Assembly: GCF_963921235.1 (NCBI RefSeq)
Contig: NC_086108.1
Span: forward strand, 108,688,001 to 108,752,000
DNA length: 64,000 nt
Origin: Mobula hypostoma
Taxonomy: Eukaryota
Direction: 5' to 3'
In this document: piece after piece, positions 1 to 10,569 of the stretch
Position numbering within the stretch: position 1 is the stretch's first letter
Layout: the number at the start of each line of letters is the position of its first letter
Translations under genes and position numbers: made by a program
Notes under the pieces: model-generated
Database searches by the model: none
Told to the model about the DNA's origin: nothing
What the model saw: the letters and a program-made list of their open reading frames with translations, nothing else

Positions 1-102
1 TCCTTTGCATTGGAGCTTACAGTCTCCCTACCTCTTTCTTTTTCCATTCCCCATTCTGGCTCCTCTTCTCTTCTCCTCACCTGTCCATCACCTTCCTCTG
101 CT

Positions 103-925
103 TCAATAGCTCAATAGTTCAATAGTTCCATTTGATATCAGAGCAATGTCTACAATATACATTCTGAAATTCTTCTTCTTCGCAGACATCCATGAAAACA
201 AAGTGCCCCAAAGAATGAGTGACAGTGAAAATGTTAGAATCCCAAGCCCCCCCATTCCCCCTCCCATGCACAAGCAGCAGCCAAACAATGAATGTTCCCC
301 ACCCCACCCACTTCCACAAAAAAGCATCAGCACCCTCCGCCCACCGAGCATGCAACAGCAAAGACCCCAGTAAAGACCATGATCTGCAGTACAACACAAA
401 CTAATCATTCACCTGACAATTAGACATGCCACAGACTCTCTCGCTCTCCCTAATAAAGGGAGAAAGAGGTGTCCCCTTTCACAGTGAGGTGGGAGACATA
501 ACAAAGCAACTCACAGATTTATGGTGTTAAAAGTCGCTTTTTTCCCCAGTTATCTGCCTGGAAAATCAGCAACAATCTCTCACCCACTAATGAGAGAGAG
601 AGAGAGAGAGAGTGTGAGAGCATAATTCACTGAGAACACAGCCTCCATCAGCTGATCCGCTGTTACCGACGTTCCGTTCTCTTCCACGATGCTTTATTTG
701 GCAGTACCAGCTTAGAATCAGCCCATCCACAGGGCCACAAAACCTTGGAACCCCAAAGCCACGCTTATCTTCTAGGCGTTGGGATATCGAAAAGCAACCT
801 TCTATGAGCCCCTGTGTATGGTCCCACCACTGCAAAGAAACAAAGCTTGAGTGTAACTCCAAGTCAGGGTCTTCAACAGAACCCCATCCACCCTGAAAGG
901 AAAAAGGAGGGACATCAAAGGCAGA
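103..925 (-). repeat. Non-coding dispersed repeat (probable non-autonomous retroposon)
   Basis: 103-500 is clearly similar to 44640-44980 (shared GTGCCCCAAAGAATGA.TGACAGT block); short tandem tail at the left end; internal (GA)n at 591-611. Confidence 0.55.
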
Positions 926-984
926 AATTAAGTTGTTTTTGTGGATGAAAATGAAGGAGCCGCAATTTAGCGCTGTCATGACTC

Positions 985-1275
985 CGCATCCACCTATGTC
1001 CACACCTCCTTCCCTTTCTCCCATGGTCCACTCTCCTCTCCTATCAGATTCCTTCTTCTTCAGCCCTCTATCTCTTCCACCTATCTCCTCCCAGCTTCTA
1101 ACTTCGTCCCTCCTCACCCACCCACCCATCTTCCCCCTCACTAGCTTCACCTATCACCTGCCAGCTGTATTCCTCCACCTTTTCACTCAGGTCTCGGCCC
1201 GATTGTTTCACATTGATTCCTCTCCACAGATGCTTCCTGACTCTCTGAGTTCCTCCAACATTTTGTATGTGTTAA
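985..1275 (+). mobile_element. Penelope-like terminal-repeat fragment
   Basis: Pyrimidine-rich block followed by GGTCTCGGCCCGA and GATGCT..CTGAC..CTGAGTTCCTCCA, as in the other Penelope ends. Confidence 0.65.
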
Positions 1276-1825
1276 CTAAGAGGGAATAGTTAGAATGGGA
1301 ATTTGGGGGGGAAATGGGTCACTGAAAGATCAGGGTTATAATTGTCCTTTGGCTAAAGAAGCGCTGCCAGTTCACTGGAAAGTGAATTGACTTGAAATAT
1401 TTCCTCTCTTCATGGACATTGCTAAAACCATCCAACAATTTTTGTTTGTTTTAGTTGGTAATTGGTTTATTATTGTCACATTTACTGAGATATCCACCAC
1501 TTGTGCCAGCAGCTTTTTCCACACTCTCACTACCCTCTGAGTGAAGAAGTTCCCCCTCAGGTTCCTCTTAAACATTTCACCTTTCACCACTGAAAAGATG
1601 ATTACATGTGTAAATGCATTGATGCTATACAAAGAAAAAACAACAGAATTCAAAAACAGGGTTACGGTTCAAAGAAAGCAGTGCAGGTAGACAATAAGAT
1701 GCAAGGACCATAGTGAGGTAGATTGAGAGAAAGGTGCCAAATGACAATTATTTATTCATTGTACTTCTTGACATTCAATCCAGAGTAGTCCCTTCTGGCT
1801 CTTCAAGCTACACTGTCCAACAATG

Positions 1826-2501
1826 TAAACACAAAATACTCTGCAGATGCTGGGGTCAAAGCAACACTCACAACATGCTGGAGGAACTCAGCAGGTCGGG
1901 CAGCATCCGTGGAAATGATCTGTCAACGTTTCCAGCCGGAACCCTTCGTCAGGACTGTAGAGGGAAGGGGCAGAGGCCCTATAAAGAAGGTGGGGGGAGG
2001 GTGGGAAGGAGAAGGCTGGTAGGTTCCAGGTGAAAAACCAGTAAGGGGAAAGATAAAGGGGTGGGGGAGGGGAAGCAGGGAGGTGACAGGCAGGAAAGGT
2101 GAAGAAGGAATAGGGGAAAACACAATGGGTAGTAGAAGGAGGCGGAACCATGAAGGAGGTGATAGGCAGCTGGGGGAGGGGCAGAGTGAAATAGGGATAG
2201 GGGAAGGGAGGGGGAGGGAAATACCAGAAGTTGGAGAATTCTATGTTCATACCAAGGGGCTGGAGACTACCTGGATGGTATATGAGGTGTTGCTCCTCCA
2301 ACCTGAGTTTAGCCTCATCATGGCAGTCGAGGAGGCCATGTATGGACATATCCGAATGGGAATGGGAAGCAGAGTTGAAGTGGGTGGCTACCAAGAGATC
2401 CTGTCTGTTGTGGTGGACAGAACAGAGGTGCTCGATGAAGCGGTCCCCCAATCTGCATCGGGTTTCACTGATGTAGAGGAGGCCGCACCGGGAGCACCGG
2501 A
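1826..2501 (-). mobile_element. Penelope-like element, inverted terminal copy (GIY-YIG C-terminal part plus 3' region)
   Basis: ORF 1888-2517(-) RCSRCGLLYISETRCRLGDRFIEHL..VATHFN..H; reverse-complement copy of about 3118-3757. Confidence 0.9.
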
Positions 2502-3756
2502 GGCTGTCCACTGACATATTCTACAAGCCAACTGACTCTCATAACTACCTTGACTGAACCTCTTCCCACCCTGCCACATGCAAAAATGCCATTTCCTATT
2601 CCCAGTTCCTCCGGCTCCGCTGCATCTGCTCCCATGATGAGGTTTTCTGTTCCAGGACACCTTAAATGTCCTCTTTCTTTAAGGATCGTGGTTTCCCTTC
2701 TGCCATCAAAAATGATGCCCTCACCCGCATCTCCTCCATTTCCCGCACTTCGGCCCTCACCCCATCCTCCCGCCACCACAACAGGGACAGAGTTCCCCTT
2801 CTCCTCACCTACCACGCCATCAGCCTCCAGATCCAGCACATTATCCTCCGCAACTTCCGCCACCTTCAACAGGACCCCACCACTAAGCACATCTTTTCCT
2901 CTCCACCCCTCCCTGCTTTCCACAGGGATCTGTCCCTCCACGACTCCCTGATCCACACGTCCCTACCCACGGATCTCCCACCTGGCACTTATCCCTGTAA
3001 GCGTAAGTGCTACACCTATCCCTACACCTCCTCTCTTGCCACAATTCAGGGCCCCAAACAGTCCTTCCAGGTGAGGCAACACTTCACTTGTAAGTCTGTT
3101 GGGGTCATCTATTGCATCCGGTGCTCCCGGTGCGGCCTCCTCTACATCGGTGAAACCCAACGCAGATTGGGGGACCACTTCGTGAGCACCTCCACTCCGT
3201 CCGCCACAACAGACAGGATCTTGCAGTAGCCACCCACTTCAACTCTGCTTCCCACTCACATTCAGATATGTCCATATATGGCCTCCTCTACTGCCATGAT
3301 GAGGCTAAATTCAGGTTGGAGGAGCAACACCTCATATACCGTCTAGGTAGTCTCCAGCCCCTTGGTATGAACATAGAACTCTCCACCTTCCGGTAATTCC
3401 TTCCCCCTCCCTTCCCCTATCCCTATGTCACTCTGCCCCCTGCCCCAGCTGCCTATCACCTCCCTCATGGTTCCATTTCCTTCTACTACCCATTGTGTTT
3501 TCCCCTATTCTTTCTTCACCTTTCCTGCCTATCCCCGCCCTGCTTCCCCTCTCCCACCCCTTTTCCTTTCCCCTTATTGGTTTTTCACCTGGCACCTACC
3601 AGCCTTCTCTTTCCCACCCTCCTCCCACATTCTTTATAGGACCTCTGCCCCCTCCCTCTTCAGTCCTGACGAAGGGTTCCGGCCCGAAACGTTGACTTGT
3701 CGTTTCCACGGATGCTGCCCAACCTGCTGAGTTTTTCCAGTGTGTTGTGAGTGTTG
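2502..3756 (+). mobile_element. Penelope-like element, 5'-truncated (RT C-terminus/linker plus GIY-YIG endonuclease remnant)
   Basis: ORF 2666-3229 contains FKDRGFP, PGTYPCKRKC, FTCKSVGVIYCIRCSRCGLLYIGETQRRLGDHF; frameshifted. The whole unit is flanked by direct repeat CACTGTCCAACAATG (1811-1825, 3757-3771). Confidence 0.92.
3662..3697 (+). ncRNA. Minimal type I hammerhead ribozyme motif
   Basis: AGTC-CTGACGA-A-GGGT(TCCG)GCCC-GAAAC-GTT-GACT: both core boxes, stem I AGTC/GACT, 4-bp stem II, loopless palindromic stem III (AACGTT). Confidence 0.8.
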
Positions 3757-3771
3757 CACTGTCCAACAATG

Positions 3772-3900
3772 CTCTGATTTAATCTGAGCCGAATTATAAG
3801 ACAATTCACAATGACCAATTAACCTACTAACCGGTATGTCTTTGAACTGGAGGAGGAAACACACGCGGTCAAGGGGAGAACGTAGGAACTCTTTGCAGAC
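3772..3900 (-). mobile_element. V-SINE (HE1-like) fragment, target of the Penelope insertion
   Basis: ACAATGACCAATTAACCTACTAACCGGTATGTCTTTG..GGAGGAAAC matches the reverse complement of the V-SINE copies; it continues at about 1785-1825. Confidence 0.7.
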
Positions 3901-3959
3901 AAGTGTGAGATGTTGGGCTTTAAGATGGCCAACCAGGGTAGGACTTACACAGAGAATGG

Positions 3960-4290
3960 TAGGGCACTGTGGAGTGTGTCAGGACAAGGGGATGCAGATT
4001 CATAATTCCTTTCAAATGGAATCTCACATAGATAGGGTCATAAATCGGAGTATAGAGTACAGGAGTGAGGATATTATGTTTAAGTTGTATACGATGTTGG
4101 TAAGGCCTAATTTGGAGTATTGTGCGCAGTTCTGGTCACCTACTTACAGGAAAAATATCGACATGATTGAAAGAGCGCAGAGAAATTTTACAAGGATTTT
4201 GCCAGGGCTCAAGGACCTGAGTTATAGGGCAAATGTTGAATGGCTTCGCACTTTATTCCTTGGAGTGCAGGTGAATGAGGGGAGAGGGAG
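3960..4290 (+). mobile_element. CR1 LINE 3' fragment
   Basis: IEYRSEDIMFKLYTMLVRPNLEYCAQFWSP motif. Confidence 0.85.
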
Positions 4291-4780
4291 GCGATGCCTC
4301 TAAGTTGAAACATCCATCATTAAGAGCCTCACAGCCCAGGACATGCATGAGTGTGAAAAAGTCTGGGGCACCTGAGCTAAGACTTTTGCACAGGACTGTA
4401 CCTTACCACGTCTCTTACACCGTTTTTGACCACCTGCACTGCACTTTCTCCATAACTGTAACACGATCTGCTGCATTGCGTGATTGTGTTCCCCTTGTAG
4501 TACCTCAGTGTACTGATATTTTGCATTGATCTGTATGGATGACATGCAAAACAAGTTTCCCATTGTATCTCAGAATGACAATAATGAATGAATTACTATT
4601 TGCTAATTACTAAATACTTCGATATTTGATCGCAAACGTCAGATTAGTTTGCTTGGTCTAGGCCCATCATCAGATGAATGCTGTAATAATTGGCAAATAT
4701 GAGAAATAATTCTCATGATGAACATGGAACTGTTGGCCATGAGACAGTTTTGAAGAAGGTTTACCACAGAGGACAGCCTC

Positions 4781-6887
4781 CTTGGGCAGGGAAATGTACT
4801 ATGGACATGTGGTCGATGTTTAGAGATCTCTTGCGGGACGTTAGGGATAAATTTGTCCCGGTGAGGAAGATAAAGAATGGTAGGGTGAAGGAACCATGAG
4901 TGACAAGTGAGGTGGAAAATCTAGTCAGGTTGGAGAAGGCAGCATACATGAGGTTTAGGAAGCAAGGATCAGATGGGTCTTTTGAGGAATATAGGGAAGC
5001 AAGAAAGAAGAAGGGGCTGAGAAGAGCAAGAAGGGGGCATGAGAAGGCCTTGGCGAGTAGGGTAAAGGAAAACCCCAAGGCATTCTTCAATTATGTGAAG
5101 AAAAAAAGGATGACAGGAGTGAAAATAGGACCGATTAGAAATAAAGGTGGGAAGATGTGCCTGGAGGCTGTGGAAGTGAGCGAGGTCCTCAATGAATACT
5201 TCTCTTCGGTATTCACCAATGAGAGGGAACTTGATGATGGTGAGGACAATATGAGTGAGGTTGATGTTCTGGAGCATGCTGATATTAAGGGAGAGGAGGT
5301 GTTGGAGTTGTTAAAATACATTAGGACAGATAAGTTCCCGGGGCCTGACGGAATATTCCCCAGGCTGCTCCATGAGGCAAGAGAAGAGATTGCTGAGCCT
5401 CTGGCTAGGATCTTTATGTCATCATTGTCCACGGGAATGGTACCGGAGGATTGGAGGGAGGCGAATGTTGTTCCCTTGTTCAAAAAAGGTAGTAGGGATA
5501 GTCCGGGTAATTATAGACCAGTGAGCCTTACGTCTGTGGTGGGAAAGCTGTCGGAAAAGATTCTTAGAGATAGGATCTATAGACATTTAGAGAATCATGG
5601 TCTGATCAGTGACAGTCAGCATGGCTTTATGAAGGGCAGATTGTGTCTAACAAGCCTGATAGAGATCTTTGAGGAGGTGACCAGGCATATAGATGAGGGT
5701 AGTGCAGTGGATGTGAGCTATATGGATTTTAGTAAGGCATTTGACAAGGTTCCACACGGTAGGCTTATTCAGAAAGTTAGAAGGCATGGGATCCAGGGAA
5801 ATTTGGCCAGGTGGATTCAGAATTGGCTTGCCTGCAGAAGTCAGAGGGTCGTGGTGGAGGGAGTACATTCAGATTGGAGGATTGTGACTAGTGGTGTCCC
5901 ACAAGGATCTGTTCTGGGACATCTACTTTTCGTGATTTTTATTAACGACCTGGATGTGGGGGTAGAAGGGTGGGTTGGCAAGTTTGCAGATGACACAAAG
6001 GTTGGTGGTGTTGTAGATAGTGTAGAGGATTGTCAAAGGTTGCAGAGAGACATTGATAGGATGCAGGAGTGGGCTGAGAAGTGGCAGATGGAGTTCAACC
6101 CAGAGAAGTGTGAGGTGGTACACTTTGGAAGGACAAACTCCAAGGCAGAGTACAAAGTAAATGGCAGGGTACTTGGTAGTGTGGAGGAGCAGAGGGATCT
6201 CGGGGTACATGTCCACAGATCCCTGAAAGTTGCCTCACAGGTGGATAGGGTAGTTAAGAAAGCTTATGGGATGTTAGCTTTCATAAGTCGAGGGATAGAG
6301 TTTTAGAGTCGCGATGTAATGATGCAGCTCTATAAAACTCTGGTTAGGCCACACTTGGAGTACTGTGTCCAGTTCTGGTCACCTCACTATAGGAAGGATG
6401 TGAAAGCATTGGAAAGGGTACAGAGGAGATTTACGAGGATGCTGCCTGGTTTAGAAAGTATGCATTATGATCAGAGATTAAGGGAGCTAGGGCTTTACTC
6501 TTTGGAGAGAAGGAGGATGAGAGGAGACATGATAGAGGTGTACAAGATAATAAGAGGAATAGATAGAGTGGATAGCCAGTGCCTCTTCCCCAGGGCACCA
6601 CTGCTCAATACAAGAGGACATGGCTTTAAGGTAAGGGGTGGGAAGTTCAAGGGGGATATTAGAGGAGGGTTTTTTTACTCAGAGTGGTTGATGCGTGGAA
6701 TGCACTGCCTGAGTCAGTGGTGGAGGCAGATACACTAGTGAAGTTTAAGAGACTACTGGACAAGTATATGGAGGAATTTAAGGTGGGGGCTTATATGGGA
6801 GGCAGGGTTTGAGGGTCAGCACAACATTGTGGGCCGAAGGGCCTGCACTGTGCTGTACTATTCTATGTTCTATGTTCTATGTTCTAT
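4781..6887 (+). mobile_element. CR1 LINE, 5'-truncated, young copy
   Basis: RT ORF, C-terminal [15 protein letters not shown] region, 3' UTR and (TTCTATG)n tail at 6861-6886. Confidence 0.95.
4900..6738 (+). pseudogene. CR1 ORF2 reverse transcriptase, disrupted
   Basis: [40 protein letters not shown] motifs; in-frame TAG at 6304-6306, then the same frame resumes (ORF 6319); frameshift near 6670. Confidence 0.92.
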
Positions 6888-6914
6888 AACTCAGGTCTTA
6901 CTTTAATACTCATA

Positions 6915-7545
6915 GAATCATATAGCATGACAGCACAGAAAAAGCCCCTTCAGCCCATCTAGTCCATGCGGAACTGTTATTCTGCTTAGTCTCATTGACC
7001 CACACCTGGGCTGTGGCCCTCCATACACCTCCCAACCATGTACTTACCTGAACTTCTCTTAAATGTTGATATCAAACCCCCATCTACCACTCCGCTGGCA
7101 GCTCATTCCACACTCAGACCACCCTCAGAGTGAAGAAGTTCCCCTTCGTGTTCCTCTTAAATAGGTAATTTTTCAACTTTAATCTCTGACCTTCAGTTCT
7201 AGATTTGCCCGACCTCAGTGGAAAAAGCCTGCTTGCATTTACCCTATCTATGCCCCTCATAATTTTGTGTACCTCTATCAAATCTCCCCTCGTTCTCCTG
7301 TGCTGTAGGAAATAAAGTCCTAACCTATTTAGCCTTTTCCCTACATCTCAGGTTCTCAGGTCCTGACAACATCCTTGTAAATTTTCTTCCCATTCTTTAA
7401 ATCTTGTGAATATCTTTTCTCTGGGTAGATGATTGGAACTGCACACAATACTCCAAGTTAGACCTCACTAATATCCTATTACTTTAACATAACATCGCAA
7501 CTCCTGTCCTCAAATCTTTGATTTATGAAGGCCAATGCTTTCTTC
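6915..7545 (-). mobile_element. CR1 3' fragment
   Basis: Reverse-complement CR1 3' UTR and GCACACAATACTCCAA (LEYCVQF) segment. Confidence 0.85.
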
Positions 7546-8104
7546 AAAAGTCCTGTCAGGTCTAATTCAAGCCATAGAGGCTGCAAGGATCAAACAGCTG
7601 TGTGGAAAAGTGTGGAGAAGATTTGGGCAGCGGGGCCAAGTAAACTGAAACATCAAGGACACACAAATGTCACATCAAGTGGTCCCAGCTGTCAGAAGAG
7701 CAGCCAGTGGTGGCTTCCAGTTCAAGACATCAGGATCCCACTGGGAGCGACTTGGCTTTGTCTTGTCCCCTGCATCCAAAATTAGAATATCCAGCCAGCA
7801 TTCATTAGAGGACACAGAGGAAAAGGATAAACCAGATCGCACAGCACGGTCATTGTGAAGACAATGACTTACATTTGTACTCTGCTGCTCGTGGTCTCGG
7901 AGCCTCGCTGAGAAGTTTACAGTGAAGGAACTCTCTGAAGAAGCAAAGCAGTATTCTGTTCTTCTGATAAATAAGTGCAAGGTAAACAGTGACCTGCATA
8001 CCAAGAAACAATGAGGAGTTGTTAATGTGGCCATGGCAATCACAAAAACCAGCTTCTCCTCCATCTACACATTCCACGGCCTCAGGATACCTGCCAACAT
8101 ACAA

Positions 8105-8835
8105 CCTTGGGGCCCTATCTAAGAAAAGATGTGCTGGCATTGGAGTGGGTCCAGAGGAGGCTCACGAGAATGATCTCAAAAATGAAAGGGTTAATCCATG
8201 AAGAGTGTTTGACGTCTCCAGGCCTGTACTCACTGGAGTTTAGAAGAAAGAGGGGACATCTATTGAAACCTATCAAATATTGAAAAGTTGCTGGTGAACG
8301 CAGCAGGCCAGGCGGCATCTCTAGGAAGAGGTACAGTCGACGTTTCAGGCCGAGACCCTTCGTCAGGACCAGTACCTCGTCAGTACCTCTTCCTAGAAAT
8401 GCTGCCTGGCCTGCTGATTTCACCAGCAACTTTGATGTGTGTTGCTTGAATTTCCAGCACCTGCAGAATTCCAGTTGTTTGCGTTTTTAAAATATTGAAA
8501 AGCCTAGTTAGGGTGGACGTGGAGAGGTTGTTTCCTATAGTGATGGAGTCTAGGTCCAGAGGGTGCAGCCTCAGAATAGACTGACATCCCTCTAGAACAG
8601 AGATGAGAAATATCTTTAGCCAGACGATGGTGAAACTGTGGAATTCATTGCCACGGACGGATGTGGAGGTAAAGTCAATGAATATGTTAAAAAAAAGGTC
8701 GAAAGGTTCTTGATTACCGTAGTAAGGACATCAAAGGTTACGTGGAGAAGGCAAGGAAATGGGGTTGAGAGGCATAATAAATCAGCCATGATGGAATGGC
8801 AGAGCAGACTCAATGGGCTGAATGGCCTTGTGGTC
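8105..8835 (+). mobile_element. CR1 3' fragment interrupted by a mini-Penelope
   Basis: CTATCTAAGAAAAGATGTGCTGGCATTGGAG... CR1 sequence resumes at 8490 after a 13-bp duplication. Confidence 0.85.
8288..8489. mobile_element. Fold-back mini Penelope-derived insertion containing a hammerhead motif
   Basis: Inverted arms 8288-8334/8383-8429; hammerhead on the minus strand 8336-8369; TSD AAATATTGAAAAG at 8275-8287 and 8490-8502. Confidence 0.85.
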
Positions 8836-9261
8836 TTTTATACAGAAGCTGAGGCCTGCTGGCTGGAGCCCCGAGTCTGCGAATCTCTGTGATTCCACTG
8901 GGGAAGTCAATGCCTAATGTTTGCAAGTTCGAGTCTGCTAGAGGCTGGAGGCCAAAGGGGAGGGCCTGAACTGGGTTTATGGGTCTGACTGTTAATTTAA
9001 CGACACAGTGCAGCCCTTCGAGTTGCGTCGCCCAGCCTCTCATGAATTTACCCCAGTCTAATCTCAGGACAATTGACATTGACCAATGAACCTGCTAACC
9101 AGCATTTCTTTTGCGTTGTTCTGCCGAGCATTGTGGGCATGCAATGTTGGCACTGGAATGTGTGGCAATGCTTGTGGGCTGTCCCCAGCACATCCTTGGG
9201 TGTGTTGTATATGTGATACATAAACTTGAATCTTAAATCCTGAATTTTGAAAAACATTTTG

Positions 9262-9833
9262 TCCTCAGCTGATCAGGGTCAACCATGGATGTTGCATCCT
9301 AGTGGTCTAGATATGCAAGCCTGGGCAGTATAAGATGGAGAGCAAACTGTTGCCCTCGTAGCAAGCTCCCGCTCTCCACACATCTGATGAACCCAAAGGA
9401 ACAGCAGAGCCCTATACAGTTTGGCACCAGCAGCATCTCAGGAGTTGGCAGTCAGCATTGAACTTGATATAGGACTGCCTCAGGGACTCCAGTTCCAGAT
9501 TTTTCCCTCAGCGTTTTCTCCCGAAGCCTTCCCCATGAGTGAGTATAGCCGCAAGGCAGTGGAGGTCTAAGATCAGAGTTTTCCTTCTCCTAAATGAGCT
9601 GCCAACTGCGGCTGACAAGCCCCATCTGCTCGAAGCGACTGGTTTTAAGGCACCAGTAAATCTTGCCCCTTCTTCTGTCAGCAGAAACGGCTCAGTAGCC
9701 AAGCCACACATGAATGCCAGGAGCTGGACTTGGTTGTCAGAGGCTATTTGAGGCGCACATCATTGGTAACATTTAATAGGTAGTGGGAGATTGTCCCCGT
9801 TACCACCCATGGCTATAACAACCTTAAGGAACC
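9262..9833 (-). mobile_element. Non-coding retroposon, RTE-leader-like (copy 1)
   Basis: Colinear with 50838-51420 and, reverse-complemented, with 60859-61240; contains GGAGAAGGAAAACTCTGA, recalled from RTE 5' UTRs. Confidence 0.8.
9672..9807 (-). ncRNA. Candidate HDV-like ribozyme relic
   Basis: Order P1 GGTGGTAA / long J1/2 / P2 CTCCTG / P3 GCA / L3 TTCATGTGT / P3' GGC / P1' TTGGCTACT / GA / P4 remnant / CTGA / P2' CAGAAG. Confidence 0.55.
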
Positions 9834-10084
9834 TAGGCATTAAGACTCTTAGTAAGTATGGATAAATAGAATCTTACTAACTTAATCTGAAAGATTTTGA
9901 AAGGAGCTAGCGTGAGCGCAAGCTCAGTGTGTACTTTGGGTTTAACCACATCACACTGAAGTCATTCAATGTATTGTACAGACAGCCTGGAGAAACAGAG
10001 AACAGATGGGATGGTAACATTAAGGGCCTCATCTTTCTGGTGTAAGAAGTTACTGAAGGATTTAAGTGATATTTAGTTTAGGTT

Positions 10085-10320
10085 AGAGATACAGCATGGA
10101 ACAGACCCTTTTGGCCCAACAAGCTGTGCCATCCATCAGCTCCTGTATTTCACCCGAGCCTAATTACAATGACTATGTAACCTACTAACTGGTACATCTT
10201 TGGACTGTGGGAGGAAACTGGAGCACCTGGAGGAAACCATTGTGGTCATGGGGAGAATGTTCCAACTTCTTACAGACAGCGCCGAAACTGAACTCTGAAC
10301 TCTGAACTCCGACCCTCCCG
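10085..10320 (-). mobile_element. V-SINE (HE1-like)
   Basis: TTGGACTGTGGGAGGAAACTGGAGCACCTGGAGGAAACC is the reverse-complemented V-domain. Confidence 0.8.
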
Positions 10321-10569
10321 ATATGTGAGAGATATTTGATTCTTAGGAGTAACCCATCGTGATGGAATAGCTTTGTGCCAGCTGTTGGTGGAATAACTGT
10401 GTGCCCTCAGTTGGTTGTGGGTTCAAATCCAGCTCCTGACTTTAAACGCTGGGTCATAAAGTCAAAGTCTTAGAACGCTAGATAATGGAAGCAGGCCATT
10501 CAATACAACATGTCCATTCTGACTGTTGCCCGATGTTGCCCCTCTGCCCGCATTTGGCCCTCTAAACCT

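Noticed and set aside
587..1289. 187-aa and 118-aa ORFs
   Set aside because: They span junctions of unrelated repeats and a purine/pyrimidine-biased Penelope tail.
4969..6216. Antisense ORFs over the CR1 RT (and 28038-28840)
   Set aside because: Shadow frames of the LINE coding sequence.
9384..9410. CTGATGA as a hammerhead core (also near 50945)
   Set aside because: No stem II followed by GAAA, and it lies antisense to the element's inferred orientation.
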